Made by a program: the position numbers and the translations under genes. Shown here one piece after another: positions 11,051 to 22,127 of a DNA stretch of 64,000 nucleotides. A model generated the notes under the pieces. It saw only the letters and a program-made list of their open reading frames with translations, ran no database searches and was not told the origin of the DNA. Within the stretch, counting starts at the first letter, position 1; each line of letters opens with the position of its first letter. The stretch is from an uncultured Acidimicrobiales bacterium (lineage in GTDB: Bacteria > Actinomycetota > Acidimicrobiia > Acidimicrobiales > VFJN01). Location of the stretch: positions 311,642 to 375,641 of the forward strand of contig CAVWYL010000022.1 of the NCBI GenBank assembly GCA_963759225.1, given 5' to 3'.

Positions 11051-11681
11051 ATGCAGCGGCACATCCCTGCCGTCGGGGCCTCCGCCTACCCTGCGGAGTC
11101 CCCGAGAATCACCCGGCTCGTCCTCGTCGACGAGCCCCAGCGCCTCGTGCGCGACGCCCTCGTGGCCGCCATCGACGCCGCGCCCGGTCTGTCGGCCGTG
11201 GACGGCTCCATCGCCGATGCCACCCTGCTGGCCCGGGTCGACGCCGCCGTCGTGGCCGGCAGCCTGCTGGACACCGGCTGGCACCGGGTGCTGGCCGACG
11301 GCACATGGGACGACGGACCGTCGCCCGTGGTCGTCATCACCGACCACGGGCCCGTGGCCCCGTCCACCCCCCGGCCCGGTCTCGTGGTCGTGTCCCGGGC
11401 CACGCCGCTCGCCGCCGATCGTCGACAGGCTGCGCGCGCCCGCCGGGCCGTGGTGCGGGTGGCCGGACCCCCGGCCCTCGCTGACCGAGCGCGAGCACGA
11501 GGTCCTCGGCCTGCTCGCCGCCGGCCTGAACCCGACGGAGGTGGCCCGCAACCTGTCGATCACGACCCACACCGCCCGGGACCACATCAAGGCCATCCGC
11601 GAGAAGTTGGGCCGCCCGACCGCCATGGCGGCGGTGCTCGAGGCCCTGCGGCAAGGACTGGTGCGCCTCGACCGCGTCTGA
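11051..11681 (+). CDS. LuxR/FixJ-family response-regulator-like transcription factor; one frame break
   Basis: A receiver-like N-terminus (RLVLVDEPQRLVRDALVAAIDAAPGL) lies in ORF 11051..11737. The LuxR HTH (LTEREHEVLGLLAAGLNPTEVARNLSITTHTARDHIKAIREKLG) lies in ORF 10980..11681. The switch is near 11410-11430. Confidence 0.75.
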
Positions 11682-11697
11682 ACGCCACGAGGCGTAA

Positions 11698-11709
11698 CCC
11701 AATTTGGGG
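11698..11709. repeat. Short inverted repeat CCCAA-TT-TGGGG (site 4)
   Basis: Read directly from the sequence, about 17 nt downstream of the LuxR gene stop. Confidence 0.4.
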
Positions 11710-11744
11710 AGTGCGTGCGTCGCTCAGCGTGTCTTGACTTGTGC

Positions 11745-11796
11745 GACCGGTGATCGTCCTGGTGCCGGGCGGGAGGCTCTGGGACGATCGCCGGTC
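11745..11796. terminator. Long GC-rich hairpin between convergent LuxR and aldo/keto reductase genes
   Basis: GACCGGTGATCGTCC ... GGACGATCGCCGGTC forms a 15-bp stem with one mismatch and a ~22-nt loop. It lies 7 nt beyond the reductase stop. There is no U-tract. Confidence 0.4.
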
Positions 11797-11802
11797 CAGC
11801 GT

Positions 11803-12840
11803 TCAGCGAGCGCCGACGGGGCGGCGGCGCCGCCAGGACTGCGCCACTGCGGGCGACACCCATCCGGCATCGTCGGCGTTGACGTTGGTGCCCGGAGGCA
11901 CCAGCTTGTCGATGCGGTCGAGCGTCTCGTCGTCGAGCGACACGTCGCCCGCCCCCAGCAGGCCCTCGAGCTGCTCCATCGTGCGCGGGCCGATGATGGC
12001 CGCGCTCACCGCCGGGTGGGCGAGCGTGAAGGCGAGCGCCATGTGGGCGAGCGGCATGCCGGCGTCGCTCGCCACCTCCTCCAGCCGGGGGATCAGGTCG
12101 AGCTTGCGCGCCACCCCCGGCCGCTCGGGGTCGAAGCGCTGGGGCATCCGCGCCGCACGCCCCGTCGCCGGTGGGGCCTCGCCCGGCCGGTAGCGACCGG
12201 TCAGAAATCCTCCGTTCAGAGGGCTCCAGGGGATGACGCCCATTCCGTAGCGCTCACAGGTCGGCAGCACCGAGGCTTCGATGCCCCGCACGAACAGCGA
12301 GTAGGGCGGCTGCTCGACCCGGAACCGCTCGTGGCCCCGGCGCTCGGCCGTCCACTGGGCCTCGACGATGGTCTCGGCCGGGAAGGTCGAGGAGCCGAGG
12401 TACCGGACCTTGCCCTGGTGGACCAGGTCGCTGAGTGCGGACAGCGTGTCGTCGAGGTCGGTGTTCGCGTCGGGTCGGTGCACCTGGTAGAGGTCGATGT
12501 GGTCGGTGCCGAGCCGGCGCAGGCTGTCCTCGACCGCCCGCACGATCCACCGGCGCGAGTTGCCCTGGGCGTTGGGGTCCTCGCCCATCGGGCCGTGGAA
12601 CTTGGTGGCGAGCACGACGTCGTCGCGGCGGCCGGCCAGCGCCTTGCCGACGATCTGCTCGGACTCGCCCGCCGAGTAGACGTCGGCGGTGTCGACGAAG
12701 TTGATGCCGGCGTCGAGCGCCCGGTGGATGATGCGGACGGATTCGTCCTGGTCACGGTTGCCGATGCGGCCGAACATCATGGCGCCCAGGCACAGCGGGC
12801 TGACCTTGACGCCGGTGGTGCCCAGCGAGCGGTTGCGCAT
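11803..12840 (-). CDS. Aldo/keto reductase
   Basis: This is the C-terminal 345 codons of track ORF 11803..13104, starting at MRNRSLGTTGVKVSPLCLGAMMFG. AKR motifs present: GINFVDTADVYS, HIDLYQVHRPD, IPWSPLNGGFLTGRY. Confidence 0.9.
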   Translation of the reverse strand: MRNRSLGTTGVKVSPLCLGAMMFGRIGNRDQDESVRIIHRALDAGINFVDTADVYSAGESEQIVGKALAGRRDDVVLATKFHGPMGEDPNAQGNSRRWIVRAVEDSLRRLGTDHIDLYQVHRPDANTDLDDTLSALSDLVHQGKVRYLGSSTFPAETIVEAQWTAERRGHERFRVEQPPYSLFVRGIEASVLPTCERYGMGVIPWSPLNGGFLTGRYRPGEAPPATGRAARMPQRFDPERPGVARKLDLIPRLEEVASDAGMPLAHMALAFTLAHPAVSAAIIGPRTMEQLEGLLGAGDVSLDDETLDRIDKLVPPGTNVNADDAGWVSPAVAQSWRRRRPVGAR

Positions 12841-12854
12841 GGTGACTGGTCCTC

Positions 12855-13106
12855 TCAGGTGCGCGCGGCGATGCGGCGCAGGGGCGGGAGCGTGGGCGGG
12901 GGCTGGCGGCGTTCGGGCAGGACGGCGAGCAGCTCGGTGGTCGCCTCGGCGATGCGGCGGACGGCGAGCTCGAAGGGCGCCTCCGTGGCCGGCGAGGTCT
13001 TCTGCACCCCGCTGACCTTGCGCACGTACTGGCGGGCCGCGGCCTCGATCTCTTCGGTTGTCGCCTGCGGATCGAGGCCGCGCAGGGTCGTGATGTTGCG
13101 GCACAT
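12855..13106 (-). CDS. DUF2277-family small protein
   Basis: 83 codons starting MCRNITTLRGLDPQATTEEIEAAARQYVRKVSG, the typical opening of this family. The upstream part of the track ORF is low-complexity shadow. Confidence 0.65.
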   Translation of the reverse strand: MCRNITTLRGLDPQATTEEIEAAARQYVRKVSGVQKTSPATEAPFELAVRRIAEATTELLAVLPERRQPPPTLPPLRRIAART

Positions 13107-13116
13107 GGGCCCGAGG

Positions 13117-13395
13117 CTAGCGACGGCCCCCCGGCGTTGGGCCCGGGGGATCGGGGTGGTCGGGCCGCCCGTCCCCGCCCGACCGGGAGTCGTGGTCGCG
13201 GGTGCGCCACCGGTCCACGTCGTCGGCCATGAGCTTGAGCTCGCCCGCGATGCGGTAGGCGGGGAGCCGGCCCGTGTCGATGAGCCGGTACAGCTCGCGG
13301 AGGGTGAGGCCGAGCTGCCCGGCGGCCCTGGCGGCCGACAGCCAGCGGTAGGACGGGAACCCACCCCCGGCGCGGGAGCCGGTCACGGAAAGCAC
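13117..13395 (-). CDS. Excisionase-family (MerR-like) helix-turn-helix DNA-binding protein
   Basis: WLSAARAAGQLGLTLRELYRLIDTGRLPAYRIAGELKLMADDVDRW fits the excisionase-type HTH pattern. The start is uncertain (GTG at 13395 or 13386). Confidence 0.55.
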   Translation of the reverse strand: MLSVTGSRAGGGFPSYRWLSAARAAGQLGLTLRELYRLIDTGRLPAYRIAGELKLMADDVDRWRTRDHDSRSGGDGRPDHPDPPGPTPGGRR

Positions 13396-13621
13396 GCCGG
13401 CCGGCGCTCGGCCGTCCGGGGATGCCGTCGGTGGGGCGTGGACGTGGTGGTTGGCATGGCAGTCGCCTCGGGTCGAGTGGAGAGGGAAGGGGCCGCACAC
13501 GTTGTGCCCCTCATGATGGTCGTCATGTCAGTGAGAACACTTTAGGTATTTTTCATGCTACGGTGATGCACATGACGAAACACCACGGCGACCAGGGCCC
13601 GGGACCTGCGATGATCGGCAC

Positions 13622-14032
13622 GTGCCCCTCACGACCGGCTTCAACCACGTGGCCACCCAGACAACCGACGCCGACCGGATCGTCGCCTTCTACGGCGAGG
13701 TGTTCGGGGCCGAGGTCACGGACGAGATCAAGGCGGAGGGCGACCATCCGCGCCTGGTCATCATCGATCTGGGCGGCGGCTCGGCCCTCAACGTGTTCGA
13801 GACCGACGGGGCCGGCATCCTCGGCGAGCGGCGGGGGATCGGTGGGCGCGGCGCCATCGACCACTTCGGGCTGGCCGTCGACTCCCTGGCCACGCTCGAG
13901 GGCGTGCGTGACCGGCTGGTCAAGGCGGGGGCCGACATCGGCGAGATCCAGCGGCTCGGGGGCGAGTGGTCGCTGTTCTTCCGCGATCCCGACGGCATGG
14001 AGCTCGAGGTCTGCTGCCACGCGGACGGCTGA
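13622..14032 (+). CDS. VOC/glyoxalase-family protein
   Basis: 136-aa ORF with FNHVATQTTDADRIVAFYGEVFG ... IDHFGLAV ... FFRDPDGMELEV, a paired beta-alpha-beta-beta-beta pattern. Confidence 0.8.
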   Translation: MPLTTGFNHVATQTTDADRIVAFYGEVFGAEVTDEIKAEGDHPRLVIIDLGGGSALNVFETDGAGILGERRGIGGRGAIDHFGLAVDSLATLEGVRDRLVKAGADIGEIQRLGGEWSLFFRDPDGMELEVCCHADG

Positions 14033-14035
14033 CCC

Positions 14036-14389
14036 GTGGCGCCGGCGCTGCCCGGACGGCTTCGCCGGCACGGTGTCGCAGGGGAACGGGTCCGCGGGGC
14101 GACGCTGGCTCGCCGACCTGCCTGTGCTGGTGTGGGCCTCGGCCCAGCGCTGGGCACTGACGCTGGGCAATCGCTGCCCGCGTGTGGTGTACGGCTACGG
14201 CGCGGCGCGCCTGCTCGCCTCGACCGCGGGCGGGTTGACGCCGCCGTCGACGTCGTTGCGGAGGGGTTCGGCGCCGACGCGGCGTGGGCCGTGTGGTCCT
14301 ACGAGGTGGGCGAGGACCCGGGCGAGCGTCTCGCGCTCGCCCGGGTCCTCACGGCTCCGGACCGGCTCAGCCGGCGGCTACCGCGTTGA
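14036..14389 (+). pseudogene. Remnant of an aminoglycoside/hydroxyurea-kinase-family (APH(6)/Hur-like) gene with large internal deletion
   Basis: An N-terminal-like piece (LPDGFAGTVSQGNGSAGRRWLADLPVLVWASAQRWALTLG) lies in one frame. A C-terminal-like piece (AAVDVVAEGFGADAAWAVWSYEVGEDPGERLALARVL) lies in another. Only ~118 codons remain, where I recall this family being considerably longer. Confidence 0.4.
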
Positions 14390-15633
14390 TGTCGCCGATG
14401 CTGCCGCCCAGGTCGGGATGCTCGGAGCTGAACAGCCCCCAGCGGCTCTCCCAGCCGGGGACGTTCCACATGTGGCTCATCCACAGGCCCTCCAGCGGGA
14501 CGACCCGGCCGCCGCGGGAGGTGCACTCCTCGTCGGTGGCGTTCTCGTCGCCGAGCACGCCACCCCCGCCGAGGCACAGCTGGCGGTGGACGTGCCACGG
14601 GTCGTTGCCGCCGGCGAAGCCCTCGGGCTCGATATCCGGGCCGGTGAACTGGAGGTAGCTCAGGCCGACGATGCCACTGTCCGGGGCGGTGCCCTCGAAC
14701 AGCAGGATCTCGGGGTTGGCGGGGTCGAACGTGCCGTCGAGCACGAGCTCTTGATGTAGTGGGCGGCGATGCAGGGCACGTACGGGGTGATGCGCCTGTA
14801 GCCGGCGGCCTCGGCGGCCGCCACGTTCGGGATGGCGACGACGACGGCATTGGACTGCGCCACCTGCGCGGCCAGGGTGTCACGGGTGGCGGCGTCGACC
14901 GGCTCGAACGGGACGGGGCCCCGGTGGCCGTGGCCGCTGTTGCCCTCGTTGGACACACCCGCCTGCTCACACGCCGACGTGCCGTCGGCCATGATCATCG
15001 CGTTCGTGTGGCCCTCGACCGCCTCGGTCCCGGCGGCGTGCTCGGCGGCGTGGTCGTCGGTCGTGGCGGCCTCGTCGGTCTGCCGTGGCCGAGTGGGCGT
15101 GGCCGTCGGACCCGCTCTCCTCGCTGCCGTGGCCGTGCTCCGAGGCGAAGGCCGGCGACAACGCCATCGTGGACACGACGGCGATCGCCACGCCGGTGAC
15201 CCCGATGCCGGCGAGCCCGACGGACGTCGGGACCGTGCGCTGGGCCACGGCCGGGCGGAACAGCACGGCCAGCGACACCAGGACGATGGCGGCCTCGAAC
15301 CCGGTGGCGAGGGCGTCGACGAGGGCGACGGGCTCGGTCGTCCAGGGGTCGGGCCCGACCGGGCACGCCCCACAGGCGGGACATCAGCCAGGTGCCGATC
15401 ACGATCGTGTTGCCGATCGCCGCGGCGGCCAGCAGCTTGCGGGTGGGCGCAACCAGGAAGGCGACCCCCCAGCTGATCTGGAGCCAGGCGACGACGGCGA
15501 AGAAGGTGCCGTGCATCCACGACACGTCGAAGTGGGTGCCGCTTTCGGCGAAGTGGATGGCGCCGGCGGCCAGGGACAGGGCGACGAGCAGCCACCGCAG
15601 ATAGCGGCCGATCGTGCCGTCGGTCGTCGTCAT
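14367..15633 (-). CDS. Integral membrane protein with His-rich linker and conserved extracytoplasmic C-terminal domain; about three frame breaks
   Basis: The gene is pieced from four track ORFs. These are 14995..15660 (MTTTDGTIGRYLRWLLVALSLAAGAIHF..., TM helices), 14967..15278 (HGHGSEESGSDGHAH), 14660..15709 (AEHAAGTEAVEGH...RRITPYVPCIAAHYIK) and 14367..14744 (DGTFDPANPEILLFEG...WHVHRQLC). Confidence 0.55.
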
Positions 15634-15801
15634 CGATTCCCCTCCAAAATTCCGATGCACGCCTTGTGCAACAAGAATACGCCCTCTGTCGAGTGGCCGC
15701 CCTCGGCACCTTCCTGTGCGGGGTTGACCGCCACCGTCCCCAACGTGCTAGACCACCTACGTTCGGTCATGGCGGCGCGGAAATGAGAGTTGGGGAACCT
15801 C

Positions 15802-17452
15802 ATGCGCTTCGTCACCGAGCCGCGCCGTGCCTTCATGGCCGGTGCCCTGCTGCTCGTCCTGATCGTGACCGCGGTGGCGGTCCAACCGGTCTCGGCCCAC
15901 CAGGCGGGCCCGTCGGGTCACGCCCACGCGCCGCAGCAGGACCGCGACCTGCCCGGCAACCGTCCGGGTCAAGGGCTCGTCTACAACGACCTCGAGGTGG
16001 CCGACGCCGCCCGGTGCGAGGGCCTGCTCACGATGGAGGGCGCCGACCGCTGCACCCACGGGCCCGACGCCCCGCCGGCCGGCTACACGATGGCGGCCGA
16101 CGTCGCCCCGCTCGCGCCCGACGGGGCGGCCGGCCCCGCGGCGCTGGCCGCCGTCTGCACGGGCGACGGCACCAGCGGGAACCGGGTCGAGGCGCTCTAC
16201 GTCCACGCCCCGGGCAACGACCGGTACGCGCAGTACCAGGCGTCGCTCGTCCAGTGGGTCGCCGGCATCGACACGATCTACAACGAGTCCGCCATCGAGA
16301 CCGGCGGCACCCGCCACGTGCGCTTCGTCCACGACGCGAGCTGCGCCCCCGTGGTCAGGAACGTCGAGATCAGCTCGGCCGGCCTCAGCAGCTTCTCGCG
16401 CATGGTGTCCGAGCTCGAGGCGCAGGGCTACAACCGCCGCGGACCGGAAGTACATCATCTTCGGCGACGCCCGGGTGTACTGCGGCATCGGCGAGTTCGC
16501 CGGTGACACCCGCAAGACCGACGCCAACCGGTCGAACTCCGGCCCGTCGTTCGCCCGGGTCGACTCGAGCTGCTGGAACTCGTCGACCGCCGCCCACGAG
16601 CTGGGCCACACGCTCGGCGCCGTGAACAACAACGCCCCCAACACCAGCGGGGGCGGGCACTGCACCGACGAGTGGGACGTCATGTGCTACTCCGACGCCC
16701 CCAACTACCCGCAGATGCGCACGGTGTGCGCGGACCGCTCGCACGACGCCCGGCTCGACTGCGGGCACGACGACTACTACCACACCAACCCCGACCCCAG
16801 CAGCTACCTCGGGCGCAACTGGAACGTCGCCGACAGCCTGTTCCTGGTGGAGGGGAGCGACCCGCCGCCGCCCACCACGGCGCCGACCACGACGACGGCG
16901 CCACCGCCGCCGCCGACCACCACCAGCACGTCGACCACCACGACCACGACGACGCAGCCGACGACCACCGTGCCGCCGACGACGGTCCCGCCGTCGACGA
17001 CCACGACGTCGACGACCGAACCGACGTCGACCACGGAACCGACGACGACCTCGTCCACCGCGCCGCCGACGGTGCCCCCGACCCAGGTGCCGACCACGGT
17101 CGCCCCGACGACCACGACCACCGAGCCACCGCCACCGCCGGCGCCGTGCGACGGCTACGCCCGGCTGGTGACCGGGACGCTCGAGGAGGGCGCCAGCCAG
17201 GTCCAGCCCGGCGGCCGCTACTACTTCGCCCGCTCCGGGTTCCACGCCGCCTGCCTCGACGCTCCCGACGGCACCAACTTCGACGTGAAGCTCCAGCGCT
17301 TCGCCGGCATGCGCTGGGTCGACGTGGCCGCCACCTCCGGCTCGAGCGGCGACGAGACCGTCACGTTCAACGGCCGCTACGGGATCTACCGCTGGGTGGT
17401 CACGGCGGTGTCGGGCTCGGGTGCCTACACCCTCGGGATCAAGCGGCCGTAA
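15802..17452 (+). CDS. Secreted zinc metalloprotease (HExxH) with Thr/Pro-rich linker and C-terminal PPC-like domain; one frame break
   Basis: Signal peptide MRFVTEPRRAFMAGALLLVLIVTAVAV. The catalytic region AAHELGHTLGAV...GGGHC...DVMCY is in ORF 16475..17452, with the switch near 16445-16475. A ~100-aa T/P linker is followed by a beta-sandwich tail (GRYYFARSG...YRWVVTAVSGSGAYTL). Confidence 0.8.
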
Positions 17453-17463
17453 GGTCGCGGGTG

Positions 17464-18323
17464 ATGCGCGGCCTCCGGTGGCTGGTCCCCCTCGCGCTGT
17501 TCGTCGGTGCTGGCGGCCTCGGCCTGCGGCGACGACGGCGACGACGTGTCCACCGGTGACCCGGACGAGGAGGAGCCGTCGGGGTCCGGCGGCGTCGAGT
17601 ACCCCACCGGCGCCGACGACGTCGTGATCGAGATCGCGTCCGAGGGCGGGTTCGCCGGCCCGTCGGCCATGCCGCCGCCGCCGAGCCTGCTCGTGACTCG
17701 GCGACGGGCGGCTGGTGCAGCCCGGCGTGACGACGATGCAGTACCCGGGCGCCCTGGTGCCGGCCGCTGCAGGAGCGCTCGATCAGCGAGGACGGCATCG
17801 AGCAGCTGCTGGCCCTGGCCGCCGAGCACGGCCTGCTGGCCGAGCGGACCTACGACTCGCCCGACAACGTGATGGATGCGCCGGACACGGTGGTGACGGT
17901 CACCGCCGGGGGGCAGACGTACGAGCACCGGGCCTACGCCCTCGGGATCGGCCCGGGTGACGACGGACGCGAGACCGACCCCGCCCGCGCCGACCTCCAG
18001 GCCTTCGTCGAGGCCGCCAGCACGTTCGCGTCGTCGCAGGATCCGGCGCTCGGCACGGAGGCGCCGTTCGCCGCCGACGCCTACCTCGTCCGGGCCGTCC
18101 CCGACGACGGCACCCCCACGCCGGACGGCATCGAGCCGTCCACCGCCGAGTGGCCCGCGGACGCGCCCGTGCGGCTGGCCGACGCCGGCGAGTGCGCCGA
18201 GGTGCCGGCGCAGCGGTCGCCGGGGCGTTGGCCGACGCCGACGAGCTGACCCGGTTCGTCGACGGCGGTGTCGCGTACGCCGTGTCGGTCGTCCCCCGGT
18301 TGCCCGGCCAGTCCTGCGCCTGA
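17464..18323 (+). CDS. Lipoprotein of unknown function; about four frame breaks
   Basis: MRGLRWLVPLALFVGAGG then ...AASACGDDGDD (lipobox). The rest is pieced from ORFs 17507.., 17715.. and 17869.., and ends ...FVDGGVAYAVSVVPRLPGQSCA. Confidence 0.5.
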
Positions 18324-18341
18324 ACCGGGGACCGCCGGCCG

Positions 18342-18906
18342 TCACGTGGGGCAGGGCGCCCCGCTGTCGCCGCCGGCCGCGGCCTGCTGGCGGGCGACCG
18401 TGGACCGCAGGCTGTCGAGGGCCTCGCCGTCGGGGCCCGGCAGGTGGAGGTCGGGGTTGGCGACCAGCCCGTGGACGCCGGCCACGCCACCCGAGCCGGC
18501 GGCCTCCTCCAGGGCGGTCAGCAGACCGGGGGTGGCGAGGTCGGGCCGGGCGGCGAGGTCCACGATCACGGCCACGTAGGTGCCCGCCGGCGCCTGCGGG
18601 CCCGCGTCGTCGGGATGGGCGTCGTGGAACCGGGCGGCGGCGCTCACGATGCCAGCCACCTGCGGGCTCGCGGCCTGCACCGAGCGGGACACCGCCACCG
18701 CCTCGACCTCGTCGACACGGTGGGCCTCGCACGGTCCGGTCCGCTCGCCGTCGCGGCGCCGCCCAGCGGTAGCCGGCGACGCCCGCCGCTGCGGCGGTGA
18801 CGGCCAGCGTGGCCGCGAAGGCGGCCAGCCCGACACGGGGTGGCCGCGGGTGGGCGGCGGGCGCGGGCTCGTCGGTCGGGACTCCCAGCACGTCTGTCAC
18901 GGGCAC
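18342..18906 (-). CDS. Membrane-anchored hypothetical protein; one frame break
   Basis: The TM segment VGLAAFAATLAVTAAAAGVAGY is in the frame of ORF 17425..19068. The globular part is ORF 18342..18836 (TYVAVIVDLAARPDLATPGLLTALEEAAG). Confidence 0.45.
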
Positions 18907-18977
18907 GTACAGTAGTACCACCGCTACGCCACGCCGACGCGCCCCGCGCCCCGGGTCCGCCACTAGGTTCACGCCCT

Positions 18978-19942
18978 GTGCTCCGTCCCCTCGCGGTCGC
19001 CGTCGCCGCCGCAGTGCTCGCCGCCGCCTGCTCCGGTGGGGACGGCGAGGACCCGGCGAGCGAGCCACCCGCCTCGACGACGACCACCGAGCCGCCGGCC
19101 CCGGCGGCCGCGGAGCTGTGCGCCGGGGCCCGGCCCGCGTGCGGCCCCGTAGCAGCGGCGAGAGTCGCCCAGCCCGCCCTGGTCGAGGTGTCGGGGCTCG
19201 CCACCAGCCGCACCCAGCCCGGCCTGCTGTGGGCCCACAACGACTCCGGCGGCGGGGCCGAGGTCTTCGCCCTCGGCGAGGACGGCAGCGACCGCGGCCG
19301 CTGGACGGTCGCCGGGGCCGCCGCCCGCGACTGGGAGGACATGGCCCGCGGGCCCGGGGCCGCCGACGGCGACCCCGACGTCCTGTACCTGGGCGACATC
19401 GGCGACAACGCCGCCCAACGCCCGGAGGTCGTCGTGTACCGCGCCGCCGAGCCCGAGGTGCCGCCGGGGGCGGTCGGGGGCGAGATGGCCGGCGCCGAGG
19501 CGCTCACCCTGACCTACGCCGACGGTCCCCGGGACGCAGAGGCCCTGCTGGCCGACCCGGTCACCGGTGACCTGTGGGTCGTCAGCAAGGAGTGGGCGGG
19601 CGGTCCCGCGGGCGCCTACCGGGTCCCGGCCGGCGCCGACCCGGGCGCCCCGCTGGCCATGGCCCGGGAGGGGGACGTGGCGGGCAGCGCGGGCGCGCTC
19701 GTCACCGGCGGCGACATCTCGCCGGACGGATCGGTCGTCGGCCTCCGCACCTACACCGCGGTGCTGCTGTGGGACCGTGCCCCGGGCCAGACCGTGGCCG
19801 AAGCCCTCGCCGGCCCGTCGTGCACCGCGCCGTCGGCGGCCGAGCCCCAGGGCGAGGCCCTGGCACTGGCCGCCGACGGCCGCGGCTACATCACGGTCAG
19901 CGAGGGCGCCAACCCGCGGTCAACGTCTTCCGCCTGCCCTGA
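18978..19942 (+). CDS. Lipoprotein, probable beta-propeller fold (SdiA-regulated/phytase-like look); one frame break near the 3' end
   Basis: GTG start, lipobox AAVLAAAC-SGG, then SGLATSRTQPGLLWAHNDSGG and YLGDIGDN. The last ~10 codons (...NPPVNVFRLP) are in the frame of ORF 19574..19942. Confidence 0.6.
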
Positions 19943-19950
19943 CCACGCGC

Positions 19951-22051
19951 TCAGCCGAACGGCAGGAACGTGGTCCCGCCCAGGGTGGCCAGGTCGCTCG
20001 CGGCCAGGCCCTCGCTGGACAGGGTCCAGAGCGTGTCGCCCACGACGAGCGACCGCATGATCGGCGGCGTGAACGTGAAGGGCCGGTGGTCGGCGGGCTC
20101 CCGGGGCTCGATGACGACGTCCCCGCCCGGCTCGACCGGCATCGGCCCGATGCCGGGCTCGGTGATCGCCGGGTGCGACACCCGCCCCACCTCGGCGATG
20201 GCGCCGGCGCCGGCATCGATGCCGAACCCGACGACGCCCGAGAAGCTCTCGCCGTCGTAGGCGCTCACGGGCACCGCCGCCAGGGACGTCTCGGGCCACC
20301 ACAGGAAGGCGTGGTGGTCCCACTCGGCGTCGGAGCTGGCCGACGGCAGCACCGCCTGCGCCACCCGCTGGGGCGACGCCGGGTCCCGCACGTCGTACAG
20401 GGCCACCTGGGTGCCCAGCCGCGTCCCGTCCTCGGTGGCGTCCTGGCCGACGCCGATCAGGCGCCCGTCGCCGATCGGGTGCAGGTACGCCGAGTAGCCG
20501 AGGATCTTGAGCTCGCCGGTCACGGCCGGGGCGGCCGGATCGGACAGGTCGACCGTGTACAGCGGGTCGGTCTGGCGGAAGGTCACGACGTAGCCGACGT
20601 CGCCGAGGAAGCGGACCGAGTGGATGGTCTCGCCCCGGCCCAGGCCCGACACCGAGCCGACCTGGGTGAGCGCCCCGTCGCCCGGCCCCAGCACCACGAC
20701 GTGGCTCTCGGTGACGTCGTCCGCGGACCACATCTGGCCGGTCGTGGTGGCCACCCGCAGGTAGCCGTCGTGCTCGTCCATCGCGAACTGGTTGAGCAGC
20801 GTGCCGTCGACGTGGCCGGACAGCTCGTAGGTGGCCCGGCCCGGCTCGGTGATGTCGAAGCGGTGGATGTCCGTGCCCTGCTCGACCTGGGCCGGCGTGT
20901 CGCCGCCCTCCTCCTGGAGCGCCGCCCAGTCGATCCACTCGGGGGCGGCGACGTAGAGGTGCTCGGGGGAGGCGTACACGGTCTGGCCGCTCGCGAGGAC
21001 CCCGGCCCCGGCGGAGGCCGCCAGGCCGGCGCCCACGCCCTCGGACACGTCGATCGTGACCACCGACACGATGCCGGACCCGGAGAAGGTGTTGGGGGCG
21101 TGCGTGTCCTCGCAGGACAGCAGCCGGCCCTCGGCCGTGGTCTCGCCGCCGGCCCCCAACTGGCGCCAGTCGGGGAGCAGCTCCTCGGGGTCGGCGTCGG
21201 CGACCACCTGGCGGTTGACGGCCGTGGCCTGCGCCTCGGCGTCGGGCCCCGGCGTGGCGGGCGTGACCATCGGCAGCTCGGCCACGGGGTCGCCGTGGAG
21301 CACGATGCGGGCGACGTCGCCGGTCATGCGGGCCGACACGTAGGAGCCGTCGAGCTCGTAGGTGTCGCCCGCGACCAGCGTGTCGCCCTCGATGGCGACC
21401 TCGACCACGCGGGTGACCGAGCGGGGAGAAGACCATCCGCGAGCTGGCGTCCGGGGACTCGGGGAGGGGGACGACCCCGTCGCTCGACCCGAACACCAGC
21501 ACCCGGTCGCCCGAGAGCAGCATCTGTGCGTCGTACATCTCGTCGGGCAGGTCGACCGAGGAGGTCACGGCGCCGCCCTCGACCGAGGCGAGGTGCAGCC
21601 GGCTCTCGGCGATGGCGACGATGCGCCGGCCGTCGGTCTTGACGATGTCGGGCTCGTCGACGCCCTCGACCTGGACGTTGGTGGTGGAGAACCCGCCGTC
21701 CTGGGGGGCGGGGACCGCCGCGTCGCCGGCGACGCTCCGCTCGGCACCCGCCGACTCGGCGGTGGCCGAGTCCTCCATCAGGATCTCGCCGCCCCGCCCG
21801 GCGAGCGGGACCACGCCCCCGCCGCCCGGGTAGCCGTAGGCGCCCACCCGGGGCGCCAGCTCGTCCCGCATCCAGGTCTGCAGGTCCTCGCACGAGTCGA
21901 GCTGCCGGAGGCTGCTGGCGAGCTGCAGGTTCGGCCGGACGTCGTCCGCGCCATCGCCGCCGGGTCGGGCCGCGCCGTCGTCGCCGCCGGACGAGCAGGC
22001 GGTGCCGAGCACGGCCAGTGCCGCGCCCGCCGCCAGGAGCCGCATCCGCAT
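19951..22051 (-). CDS. Secreted beta-propeller-domain lipoprotein (COG4880/Beta_propel type); one frame break
   Basis: The N-terminus MRMRLLAAGAALAVLGTAC-SSGG and the first ~200 aa are in ORF 19886..22084. The propeller is in ORF 19951..21408 (IHSVRFLGDVGYVVTFRQTDPLYTVDLSDPAAPAVTGELKILGYSAYLHPIG). The switch is near 21410-21440. Confidence 0.8.
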
Positions 22052-22127
22052 GGTGGTACCCCTCGTGTGCCTGTGCGCTGTCATCGGTGGTTCGACGGCG
22101 GGGGGAGCCGTTCCGGTTCCCGGGAAC

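Noticed and set aside
13117-13395. Excisionase-type HTH as evidence for a prophage or integrative element
   Set aside because: There is no integrase, att-like repeats, tRNA or phage genes nearby. Such HTH proteins are common stand-alone regulators in Actinobacteria.
16860-17150. ACC/ACG/CCG-rich repetitive DNA as an independent repeat element
   Set aside because: It is the in-frame Thr/Pro-rich linker of the secreted metalloprotease.
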